Source: Ruditapes philippinarum (Eukaryota). Taken from it: a DNA stretch of 64,000 bases. The notes below the pieces were generated by a model. It saw only the letters and a list, made by a program, of their open reading frames with translations, made no database searches and was not told where the DNA came from. The stretch is taken from NCBI RefSeq assembly GCF_026571515.1, contig NW_026854323.1, positions 1-64,000 of the forward strand, written 5' to 3'. The translations under genes and the position numbers were made by a program. How positions within the stretch are numbered: position 1 is the stretch's first letter; each line of letters opens with the position of its first letter. Shown piece after piece: positions 24,179 through 36,468 of this stretch.

Positions 24179-27100
24179 TTATAAGGGATAAACACCGTCT
24201 GCACCGTAACTCGACCAGTCTGATAAATTTCTGAGGTTTTCAACATTGGCATACACATTGTATCCTAATTTAATATACAAATCTCCACAATATTCGTCAA
24301 TTATTTTTAAATTGTTGACATCTATTTGTTTTCTCCACTGAAATGGATTTATGTTTGTCATCTTGAGAACTTCTTGTTGTGACGAATCAGGTCTTGTTTT
24401 GTTTCCAGTTTCTTTTATATATTCTGTGAGCGCTTTTTTCTGACTGATAGCCTCAACAAAACTTTTATCTTTCCTGTATAATGGAAATCCCACAAATCGA
24501 AACAAAGGTTTGAACACTGTCACCATGTCCCACTGAAAACAATAGATTACTTTTATTCTTTTTTTTTCTAAAATGATTTCAGACTATTTTTACCATGCTC
24601 TGCTTTATTTACTCAGAATTTGTACTGTAAAGAAATTTAAATTTTGAAAGTACATGTATTAAAATGCAATTTATATACAATGTTTTAGATTAAGATTTAA
24701 TCATATTTACAGTAACATACGACCCGACGACCAGTTTACCTGGCATACTACCTGACATATGTATTAACTCAGTTGTTGTTTTTCATGTAACTACTGGCGA
24801 CACACTGATACCATATGAGTGACAAACCATACAATAGTTGAAATCGATGACAGAAGACGTATTATATATAAACATATTAAGGTATAATGTCCTACACTTT
24901 TATTTATAATTACTACGTCTGTTTTCATCAATTTCAAATGCCTTGATTGAACGATGTTTTTGACTTAGGTTTTAAACCATTTGTCCTCTACAAAAAGTAA
25001 ATATATTCTACAACAAGGACTAATAGTCTAAGGTTCGTTAACTTAACAAACCTTAATAACACAATATTAGAAGTCTTTGACCATTCGGGAACTATTTTGC
25101 TTGAAAATTAATGCGCCTGTCATTTGACCGTCTTTACGCAGTGATCTGCCCTGAATTATTCGGCGTTAGTGTACATATAAAGGGAAGTAACCGCTTCAAA
25201 AAAGCGGACTATTTTCGGCATTTGCAATTAACAGCATCAGGGTCTGAAATTTCGCTACCATTATTTGTTTGGTCTGATGGTTAGATAAATACGTATATTT
25301 TAACTCCTTAATATATGATACATGAATAAAAACGTAACTTACTTCAAAATCTTCAAACAACATCAATTTAAACCTCTTTGGATAAAGTGAAGCAAGTTTG
25401 AACCCCACTTCTAGATCATCTCTCATTCTTGAGCATAAACTGTTAGCGTATTTCCTCAGTGCAGACACTGGAGCCTGATCGCTATTCTCAGACATTATTT
25501 GGAACAAGATGCCTCTTGGATCTCTGAACACGTGGACAATCTGAAAACATGCATTTATAAATGTACAGGAATAAAATAACGGCAACTTTGTGATATGTAC
25601 AATGATAGGTAAGGGCGTATAGTGTCTTTGATGTTTCCTGCCTTTGCCTCGACAAATGTAAGGCATCTTTAACGAGGGGTGATCAAGAAGTTCGTAGACT
25701 GACGCTATAAAATAACAAAGAAAGTTTTACACCAGGATATCGTAGACTGTTGTTTTCGTCTTAAACAGACATGTTGGAGAAGATGTTTAAAAATTGACAA
25801 CAACGCGTAAATGTGAGTTTATATAAAGTTACCAATGATGAGAATATAAAAGTAAACTGCCAACTAATATGGCTAACACTCAAGTTATCTTATAGCTACA
25901 AGTGTATATTACCGTAACATTTGAGTGTCCCTGTAACAGTGTCTTGAGAATCTGTGTGGAAAGTCGTGGTGTTTTGATTACTTTAAACTTGGCTTCTTTA
26001 CAACGGTCGCTTAGGAACCGATCACAAAACTCTTTATCGTAATCTTTATCCAATAAACACTCGTGATATTTTAGCCAGTATTCTCCTAGATAAATTCAGA
26101 TTTACTTCAAATAATGTTTTAATGTTCAGATAAAGCCAGGACATGTCAAAGAGTATAACGCTTGTCTGAATAAATACTGCTATTATATCTTTCTTTTTAA
26201 TATACTTTTAAAGTTAATATCATTGTTTACGAATAATTCTCTGAAAGATCACGGTGAAAAAATATTCAACCTCTGCCAATGAAGGATAACAATATAACAA
26301 AGTATGCGTAAAATTTAATACTAACCACCTGTATCCCATTTATGGTGATATTTGTCCTCAATGATATTAGTATTACATGATAACATGTGTGTCATTCTTC
26401 TAACAGCTGATTCCGTTAGCGTCGTTTTATAACTGTAAACATATAATATCAAATTGCTATTCTTACAACAGTCTCAAACTTGTTGTCCACGTAGAAAAGC
26501 ACCCTCGACTTTCTACATTAATTTGGCTTTGCTAATTCGACCCTCAAGATGATGGTGTATAAAATCACTCAATGATCGATATTAGGTCAAAAACTCTTTG
26601 TCATTTACATAAATGACATGGCCATTAATCTTGATAATGCAGATAATTCTTCTCCTTATACGACACGTGAAATACTCAACTGGTGTCCTTTGTACAGCAT
26701 GCTCATAACCTTAATAAATCTAAATGAATTCGTAAAGGATCTAAACATATAATACCACCGATAATCTTCTTTTGAAAATTAAATGAAAGAGTATGAAAAT
26801 GTTGAATAATATACTGTAAATTAAAAATGTTACAGATTTTATGTTTAGGGCACCTTAAGTTAAGTACTAATATCACCATGAATAAGAGTTACGCAAAAAT
26901 TAACATTAAAAAATCAATCCTTAGATAGATTACATATAAACTCTTTTCTGAAATGGTATAGTTATTAAATAATTCTTACACAATCACTACTTTAAATAAG
27001 TGTTGCTATGTTTCGGGAAAATGGTCTAAAATCTATTAACTGCAATAAAGCAGCAAAAATAACGCTTCAAAGAGCGAACATCAACTAATGAAATATTTTT

Positions 27101-28313
27101 CCATCTAAAAACAGAATAGTTGTTATACATGTATATGCTGTTATATGAATGTTCTTTAAAGCTATTATCATCTTTATTATTACATTACTAAACTGGTTTA
27201 CCATTTGTCAAGAAGTGTTGTACACATTGTCGTGGAGTTTTTAAAATAGTATGCCTCTGCCATGGCAATGAGCGGCTCATACATATAAAATGTGTCAGGC
27301 CTGGTACCCAGCACCTCGCCCACCAGATCACAGCCACCTTTAATGTACAGAAAATAGAGAAAAGAAAAGAAATTTGTTGCCTCATAACGTTTTCATAAAA
27401 GCATTAGTAGCTTGCTATTAATAAAAACAACAGTCAACATTACTTACTGCGAGATTAATGATGACATTTTGTTTTAAATATGGCCCACACATGGTCTATA
27501 CAAATTTTTAATTGAAATTGTTGTTGTTCCCTTGTGTCATACAGCAGAAAATAAAAATTGATGACAATAAGTTGTATGGTCAGTTTGCTCTTTGATAAAT
27601 GCTTTACTATCACGAGCTATGAGGGGAGCAGTATACAATTTACAATGTACATGTATATACAACACTTATTTTACGTACATGTGTAATATAAACACGCCAA
27701 AGTCTTAATTGCAAAATGGATCAGTAAAATTATTCACCATAATTATATCGCGATATGATAGTGTATTGTATGATATACCATCATATTTCAATATATTAAA
27801 ATACATATTGTATAACATACCATAATTATATCACGATATGTTGATGTATTGTATGATATACCATCATATCTCAATATATTAAAACACATATTATATAACA
27901 TACCATAATTATATCACGATATGACGATGTATTGTATGATATACCATCATATCTCAATATATTAAAAGACATATTGTATAACATACCATAATTATATCAC
28001 GATATGATGACGTCACGAAATGAGTCATCCAAATTTCTGTCGAAATGAAACACGTGCGTTTTGCCGTTGTCTGCTGTCAACTGTATAACTAACTTAAGTT
28101 GAATTTGAATCAGAAAGCCTGAAAACAGTTCAATGAAACTGTTTTACAAATTAAAAACTATAAATGCTTACACTTTAATATCAAAATTTAAATATACAAA
28201 TTTTGTTTACATTGCAAAATAGTGAAAAACTTACCAAGAACAGCTGTAAACAATAAGTAAAGGCACCAAGAACAACATACGTTGTTTATTTTTCGACAAA
28301 GTACTAACGGCAT
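24179..28313 (-). CDS. Carbohydrate sulfotransferase-like (Gal/GlcNAc-6-O-ST family) gene, 7 exons, degenerate, with one in-frame stop as assembled
   Basis: Exons 28313-28235 (MPLVLCRK...CLYLLFTAVL), 27495-27448 (...SRS; TAA at 27457-27455), 27337-27202 (GCDLVGEVLGTRPDTFYMYEPL...), 26432-26326, 26085-25913 (...CKEAKFKVIKTPRL...), 25540-25343 (IVHVFRDPRGI...LMLFEDFE), 24532-24179 (...LFRFVGFP...FQWRKQI...IDEYCGDLYIKLGY...). All GT-AG with compatible phases. Confidence 0.8.
25670..25830 (+). mobile_element. Mariner-like MITE end fragment in an intron
   Basis: ACGAGGGGTGATCAAGAAGTTCG resembles mariner TIRs (TA CGAGGG...); no partner TIR found. Confidence 0.4.
26560..26635 (+). mobile_element. 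Very short LINE RT remnant
   Basis: SILGQKLFVIYINDM resembles the RT motif GSILGPLLFLIYINDL. Confidence 0.45.
27736..28008. repeat. 83-bp tandem repeat, about 3.3 copies (sulfotransferase intron 1)
   Basis: ACCATAATTATATCRCGATATG...TATTGTATGATATACCATCATAT... recurs every 83 bp. Confidence 0.95.
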
Positions 28314-29264
28314 TATACACAGAAGACTAGTCACTCAACTTTTTAGGCTATTTAGCAAATACTATTGTCTTAAATCACATTCCGTAATACTGTAATTAGT
28401 ATGTGTAGTATAAGCATTAAATTATCCCTGTATCTGCACGTGAACACGGCACGTGAACACGTGTCTTACTTTAAAATTAAAATCAATATTTATGCTCCCA
28501 ATGAAGGTAGATTCAAGCAGCAATCACACACACACAAAACTAAAATACATTAAACTTAACGTTCAAAAATTGTTTTATAACCAAACAACAAAAACTAGAC
28601 TTTGTAACATTTACGAAATCAAAATTTCTATAACACGTGATAAAATACATAATAAGTAACACGTAGTTCTTAATTAGTGTTATTCTAGAATATCCTTAAA
28701 ATAAAGATACATCTGTAACATAAAGATGAGAGTTTAGATTTTGTTAAAAGTTTAATATCCCTTAGGGAAATGACAAAACATTAATGTAGATGTTAAAGTT
28801 GATTGTCTATATTTGATAATTATCATTTATAGTGAAAATATTTCATGTACAATGAAGATATTAAATGACCAAAATAACTAGGAATACTTTGGCATAAATT
28901 AATGAAAAAAGGCTAAAATTGTTTTTATTTTGTGACCCATTTTTTAATTTATATAATTTTGTTTATTTTAAGTCACGCTTCAAAATTTCATAGCTAAGAG
29001 TTTCCGCCCCGCCCAACAAAAATGACAGAAGCGCATTAAGTGTTTATAAACCAACCATGCACCATGTTGATCAATTTGAATAGCTATACTGAATAAAAAA
29101 GAAATTTTCATTTCGCTTGAATCTAACACTCTGTGTTTGTTAAAATGTTTTCTTTTCGTAAAAAATGTATTGTGAATCTTTTCAGACTGGTATAGTGGAC
29201 GGAAAGTATAAGTTTGATTGTTTGTAAGGAAAGGTGTCGATTTTAAAAGACAGTAACGATGAGT

Positions 29265-29570
29265 ACTGTCTGGGCGTTCCGTCGTTGTGACTACCGGAGG
29301 TAACAGCAGCTTTGCTGTTCTCGAAAGCACGTACGTGTTGGTTGGGTCAAACTATAAAGGTCTTGGGATCAGGTCGTGACGCATGCCCTGCCGCTCCGTG
29401 GTTTAAGTTCCTTCAAAGCTTGTACTACCGGTCCGAGGAAATCGCTGTCGAAGACTACTGACACACTGCACGGATGCACCAAAACAAGCTGCTATCTCCG
29501 TAATTTGAGCCCAAGCCTTTACCATGCCCACGTCTCTCTGGCGTAGGTTTTTCTGAAGTATTGGCAATTA
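29265..29570 (-). mobile_element. Tc1 transposase N-terminal remnant
   Basis: PILQKNLRQRDVGMVKAWAQITEIAACFGASVQCVSSLRQRFPRTGST...KPRSGRACVTT*SQD matches the Tc1 first HTH plus the RSGRPRVTT motif; frameshifted. Confidence 0.75.
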
Positions 29571-30321
29571 AGTTTCTAATAATATTCTTCATTTTAAAAT
29601 ATTTTTGATTTGCTCCAGTAGGTTAACGACTTTAGCAATATATCGGCGGACACACAATTCCACCACTTGTCCATTCCTAATTTGTACATGAAACTCGAAT
29701 TTCGTTTTGAATATGCCGTCAAGACTTTGATCACCGGATCATGCAAAATCGGTTTTAAAAATGACCGCATTACAAATATGTGCACGTCGTAAGGGTAGCC
29801 TTGTGCACGTACTTCATTTAAGTTTCTTTTTCCATTTAGTATATTTTGTATATAAATACAACGACGTGGTCACGTGCCTCTATATGAATCAGTTATCGAG
29901 ATATCTCAAATAAATTAGTATTTTCTGATCTTATACCCCGAAGGCCTATCTAAAGCAATTAAAATGAGACGTAACTTTACAGTTTAAATAAATGAAATAA
30001 ATTACGTACCAATAATATAAAACTGATCAGATGGAATATATATTTTATCATATGTGGAAGAAAATAAAACTGAAATGTATGTACAAGAAAAGAACATGTA
30101 AATGTTACTACGGATTAGATCAATAATTTTGTTTTCTGTTATTAATGTCGCACTTGATTTTGTAGTGTGGTCACTGGTATTGCTTGTGTTTCATAAAATG
30201 TTATCCAGATAAGTTTCCTGCTCGTTCTTTCCGGTTTTCTTCTTTCCAGTTCTGAAAAAAACTAACATTTTTGGGAAAAAACTTCTATTTTGAACCAACA
30301 ACTACTATAGGATCGTCTCCT

Positions 30322-31415
30322 GTCACCGGAATCATCAGCTATCACCGGGGACCATCAGCTATCACCGGGGACCATCAGCTATTACCAGTGACCATCAGCT
30401 ATCAACGGCGACCATAGCTATCACCGGGGACCATCAGCTATCACCGGGACCATCAGCTATCATCGGGGACTATCAGCTATCACGGACCGACCATCAGCTA
30501 TCACCGGGGACCATCAGCTATCACTGGGACCATCAGCTATCATCGGGACTATCAGCTATCAACGGCGACCATAGTTATCACCGGTGACCATCAGGTATCA
30601 CCGGGGACCATCTGTTATCACCGGCGACCATCAGCTGTCACCGGGGACCATCAGCTATCACCGGCGACCATCAGCTATCACCGGGGACCATCAGCTATCA
30701 CCGGGACCATCCTATCATCGGGGACTATCAGCTATCAACGGCGACCATAGTTATCACCGGCGACCATCAGCTATCACCGGCAACCATAAGCTATCACCGG
30801 CGACCATCAGCTATCACCGGGGACCATCATATATCACAGGGGACCATCAGCTATCACCGGCAACCATCAGCTATCACCGACGACCATCAGCTATCACCGG
30901 CAACCATCAGCTATCACAGGCGACCATCAGCTATTACCGGGGACCATCAGCTATCACAGGCGACCATAAGCTATCACCGTGGTCCATCAGCTATCACCGG
31001 GGACCATCAGCTATCACCGGCAACCATCAGCTATCACCGACAGACCATCAGCTATCACCGGGGACTATCAGCTATCACCGGGGACCATCAGCTATTACCG
31101 GGGACCATAAGCTACATCACCGGCGACCATCAGCTATCACTGGTGACCATCAGCTATCACTGGGGACCATCAGCTATCACCGGGGACTGTCAGCTATCAC
31201 CGTGGTCCATCAGCTATCATCGTGGTCCATCAGCTTTCACCGTGGTCCATCAGCTATCACCGGGGACGATCAGCTATCACCGTGGTCCGTCAGCTATCAC
31301 CGGGGACCATCAGCTATCACCGTAGTCAATCAGCTATCACTGGGCACCATCAGCTATCACATGTAATTATCAGCTATCACCAGGAATTATTAGCTATCAT
31401 CTTGAACCATAAGCT
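30322..31415. repeat. 20-bp minisatellite, about 54 copies
   Basis: Consensus ACCGGGGACCATCAGCTATC. Confidence 0.97.
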
Positions 31416-31936
31416 TACACTGACCGTATGGAATATTTTCTTGTAGCAGATACGTTTATAAATATTGTGACGATATAAGTTTATATACATTAAAGGTCCG
31501 CTGTGGGCAGTGACAGACAAGGTGTGATACAGACGTTATGCCGCTAAACTTATTATTACCAAGACCATGCATCCGAATACTGAAATACTCAAGCGTAGCT
31601 CTCATTGCCATTGGGATAATATTTATTTGTAAGTTTTTCTGATTATTTTTATTTAAATGCTGCTAAGCTGTACAGTAACATATAGCCCTGTATAGTAGGC
31701 GGTGCGTACATTCCTCTGTTCAGTGTGCATTGTTTTATTTAGACCGTGTTGTTTATGATTGATACATTAACGGTCAATGTCACTATTGTTTCTATTTTAC
31801 TCGAACAAACACCAGATTTTATCAGTTGATTGACTCATTGCCAGAGACTAAATAAATATCGACCGGCCTCAACCTATACAAGTTAGAAAAGTATATCATA
31901 TTTAAAAATAAAGGAAAAAAATAATCACAGGAAGGC

Positions 31937-32571
31937 ATGGATTCTGACCACGGATCATTCGTGAATTTATGTAAATAATTGTCATCTAAAATTTTTGATC
32001 ATTAGTGACACTGACACCGAAACAGAAGACGATTCTCAATTACAATATTACAAAATTCTTTATTCGTGGGTGATCTGACACATTGATTTAATTAATTAAT
32101 TCTTCTGGTAACTGTTAGAATATTGCAGTTATCATGATAAAAACATGACAAATCATCATAAATATTCCATCACTTTTAGTATAGTCACTTTATGGCCTTG
32201 TATAAGCCACACAAAATCGAATGGTCCAACGTTACACAATGAACATTTTTAGACCTAATCTAGATTTTGTGTATATGTGCGTATTTGTATGTGTGATCGT
32301 GGAGCCCTGTCGTTTTTATCGTTTCAAGTTTATCTGTTTATTTCAGTCATGATAGACGAAGATGGGCTGATTCTGAATTCCATTAATTTTGAAAGCGCCA
32401 TTAATCTACAGAAAGCAGGTGCCATTCAAAATAAAACATCATACGTGCGTGTCAATGGTGAGCACGAAACAACGAACGCTACTTCAACGTCCAAAATAAC
32501 GACATCGACGACACTTAAACCAGTTATTGTAAAAGATGGAAATAAAACAAAATCATTACATAAAGTTAAAG
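31937..32571 (+). CDS. Possible two-exon start of an unknown protein with a Ser/Thr-rich segment
   Basis: 31937-31970 (MDSDHGSFVNL, phase 1 GT) joins in frame to 32347-32571 (tttcag acceptor; FMIDEDGLILNSINFESAINLQKAG...TTNATSTSKITTSTTLKP...; phase 1 GT). No homology recognised and no downstream exon found. Confidence 0.3.
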
Positions 32572-33747
32572 GTGATTATGGATGATTGTACAAATATAAA
32601 CATTTTGGTATGGAACATTTTGACATTTACATAACTTTGTCGGTTGAACTAGGATTGAGCATTTTAGAAGTTGTCTTCAGTTGTACATTCAACTTTATTC
32701 TTATTCGGGGAACGGACGAAAGCCCAATAGATAATATATCACTTCGAAATAGTCAATTGCTACATTTGGCATCGCGGACAGCAATCACTGCCATTCAAAA
32801 CGGTTTCAAAAGTACTTTAGATACACGTGTTTTAAATTATTTTGTAAAAAATATTATATAAGTATTGCTGATGAATATAAATTTATATGTTAAAGTCAAC
32901 TCTGCTGAAATATTAGATAGAGTAACCTAAAAAGTACATCTATTACACATATTTAATGATAGAAGTAACAATTGCATATATAGAATAAGATATTTGTAAA
33001 GAAACATAATTATGTAAATAATATGAAAGAATATTACAAGTAAATAAAAAGTGAGATATATTTACATAAAATATATATTATTATCTTTTAACTCTTCAAG
33101 GTTTTTGTAAAACCTTTTATTTCACACCTTATAAAATACAATCAATGTCCTTTCAGCGTTTGTACCATGTAAGGTTCCAATAGAAATCATTACTTGATCC
33201 AATCTTAGCAATTTAGTCTCTTTTTCATTTTCATAGTACAAAAGGTTAATGTCAAAGCCATATCACAACCCATATGACCTCATTTCATTTTTAAAGTCCA
33301 TTTATCTTTATCAAATGCATATCATACTCCATCTTACCTCGATTTTATTTTTAGGAGTCAAAAATCCATATCAAATCTTTATTGTAACTGAAGTAACAAA
33401 GTTCAAAATGTCAAATATTGTGATGTGAAATAAAAATGTCATTAGCGCATCATCTAATTTAATTTTGAAAGATCGTCCAATAGAATTTTTTACTCAACAA
33501 TGTATAAACCTCATAATATACATTGTACAGCATCATTTTTATAAGTATGAAGTGAAAAGGTTTGTATATAACATCTTTACGTGTCTTAAAGTGACATTAG
33601 AAACGTGAATTTTATATTATGCACGAGAAAATACATCGGAAACCTAAATTAGATATGTACAATTTTGTTTAAAGATCGACTAGAATTTAACACCCTCATT
33701 CTTTAGTCAAAATATAAGCACTGTATTAGTTTCATGACAATAATGCA

Positions 33748-33873
33748 CAATAATAAAAGGTGTATAACATAAAATTATTTTTTTTCGTTTGTAAATGCAT
33801 AAGGGAGATTACAATAATGAAAGGTGTATAACATAAAAAAAAATTTTTCGTTTGTAAATGCATAAGGGAGATT
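33748..33873. repeat. Tandem duplication of about 63 bp
   Basis: CAATAATRAAAGGTGTATAACATAAAA...GTAAATGCATAAGGGAGATTA twice. Confidence 0.9.
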
Positions 33874-34329
33874 AGTCTGCAGAACACGTAATATGTGCTG
33901 AGAAGTTATCTTTAATATTCACATTATACTTGTTTTAAGAATGGCTATACATTGTTTTTACTGTCCCTTAATCTATGTTTTCTATGTGTAGTGATTTTAT
34001 AAAGAAAAAAACTATAAAATATATATCTTTATAAGAAACCCACTTAATTTTATTTTTAATCAAAAGAGAAAATAATCACGTGACATAATGTTTGCACGTT
34101 TGACACTATTTTGAAGGTAAATCACTGTCTGTCTAGCAGTACCAAAAATATAGCCCTCAGGCCGTAGACATCAAAGAGAAATTTTTCATATGTTTTTCAT
34201 GAAATTACAAAGAAGAAAAAATTTAAAGGAGCAATACAGTATATGAACCAATACATGAATATTTTGAAGTAAATAAAATTGAAAGATACAGCTGTAATGG
34301 CATTCTATTTTAAAAATAATTACTAACAT

Positions 34330-35100
34330 TATATCAATATCTATTTGTACAATAAAATTTATGTTTATATCAATATCTATTTGGATAATAAAGTATATGT
34401 TTATATCGGTATCTATTTATGTAGAAAAAAATATGTTTATATCGATATCTACTTGCACAATAAAATATATGTTTATATCGATTTCTATTTTTACAATAAA
34501 ATATATGTTTATATCGATATCTATTTGGATAATAAAGTATAAGTTTATATCGGTATCTATTGATATAGTAAAAGATATGTTTATATCGATATTTATTTGT
34601 ACAATAAATATATGTTTATATCGACATCTTTTTGTACAATAAAATATATGTTTATATCGATATCTATTTGTACATGTCGATAATGATATCTGTTTGTACA
34701 ATAAATATATGTTTATATCGATATCTTTTTGTACAATAAAATATATGTTTATATCGATATCTATTTGTACAATAAAATATATGTTTATATCGATATCTTT
34801 TTGTACAATACAATATATGTTTATATCGATATATATTTGTACAATAAAATATATGTTTATATCGATATCTATTTGTACAATAAAATATTTGTTTATATCG
34901 ATATCTATTTGTACAATAAAATATATGTTTATATCGATATCTTTTTTGTACAATAAAATATATGTTTATATCGATATCTTTTTGTACAATACAATATATG
35001 TTTATATCGATATATATTTGTACAATAAAATATTTGTTTATATTGATATCTATTTGTACAATAAAATATTTGTTTATATCGATATCATTTGGTAAAATAA
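34330..35100. repeat. 36-bp AT-rich minisatellite, about 21 copies
   Basis: Consensus TATATCGATATCTATTTGTACAATAAAATATATGTT. Confidence 0.97.
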
Positions 35101-36468
35101 AACATGTTACTTTATTTAGTTTTGCATAACTTGAGACATAGTATAATAAGTAGGCACAGCTTTTCTAGTCAGAATAAGAAAGATAATTATAACAAGTCAT
35201 ACAAATACAATATAAATATAATGAAACGAAACAGAAACGCAGCAAAGCCAGAACATCTTTACTTTGATCCTAAAAATACAAAGCAAAAAGAAAAAAGGAA
35301 ACAACACAAAACTTAGAAAATGGAGACCAAGACTTGTTATAAATTTACATAATAAAAACAATGATAAAGACGTGAAAGTTACACATTAGAAATGTCGGAA
35401 TAGATAAAAAGTACTCAGCTCTTGATTTTTATTCCACGCTTATTTATACAGAAAACAATGTTCGAAAAAATCCATTTAACTATTTAAGAATCCGAAATAT
35501 GAAGACAACTTTAAGTTCTTCAAATCTTCTGCCTATGCCCTGTTTCTTCTCTACAACGTGCACGTACCGGGCAGTAGAGAGAAGACACTTTATATAAATA
35601 TCTTAAATTTGAGCAATGTACTTTCAAACATTGGGACTTTAACTGTTTTCTTATATAAAAGTCGGGGCCAATTTTGATCCGAGGAAGCCCAAAAAATGCG
35701 TTCTGCACATCGTATTATGACTATTAATATTTCAGCCAAATAGTTCATATATAATGCATGACTAAGTGTTATATATTGAGCTCTACACGGACCAAGTAAT
35801 TACAATTTCCTTTAATCGTTTCAAAAGCACAAAATTGCCAACAGACGGACGTGCGGACAGACGGAGGGATGAATTGTCAGATACAGAAAATTATACGTGG
35901 ACGTACAAAATGAATTTCAATTTTGTATCTCTGTCATTATTGATAAAATTGTAAGCCATTTCCTCTGGTACTAAAAGCCCAGTTACAGCGTATTTAGCGC
36001 AAATGGCACATTTTCGGTATCTATCTCCCAATAATGTCATGGGATATAGACATGAATAACGATAAATGAAAAAAAGATAAAAATGTTCTAGTCTTTTGAA
36101 GTTTAGGGACGCTCGAGGTCTGGTTATAATCTAGCTTGATCAAACATTTGCGATCTCTGCGTTTGGCTAGATCTATTTTGGTAAATTATGGACTTACTAG
36201 ATTGTGATATTACCTTTATGTTCCTGCGTAGGAGCCCTTAAGATGGCTTGCTCTCTGGGATACCCTGTTTATGGGAGCATCCGTTGTAAGGTTATCTGAG
36301 ATTGTGACGGGGATAACTTGACACCTGGATGGGTTAAATTCCATTTCCCAATCCAATCCAGCTCCCAATGTCTCAACCGATTTTTAAGTGTCATTTTGGA
36401 GCTATTTGTAACAAAACATCAAAGTACTCGGCTACTAATTGTAACATAGGCCTTTTTACTTTACGATC

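Noticed and set aside
28980-29785. ORFs of 116 aa and 63 aa as upstream sulfotransferase exons
   Set aside because: The region is explained by a decayed Tc1 element, and a suitable first exon exists at 28313-28235.
30584-31446. 260-aa and overlapping repetitive ORFs
   Set aside because: Translation of a 20-bp satellite; the period is not a multiple of 3 and frames shift with monomer indels.
34345-35095. Ile/Tyr-rich ORFs on both strands
   Set aside because: By-product of the 36-bp AT-rich minisatellite.
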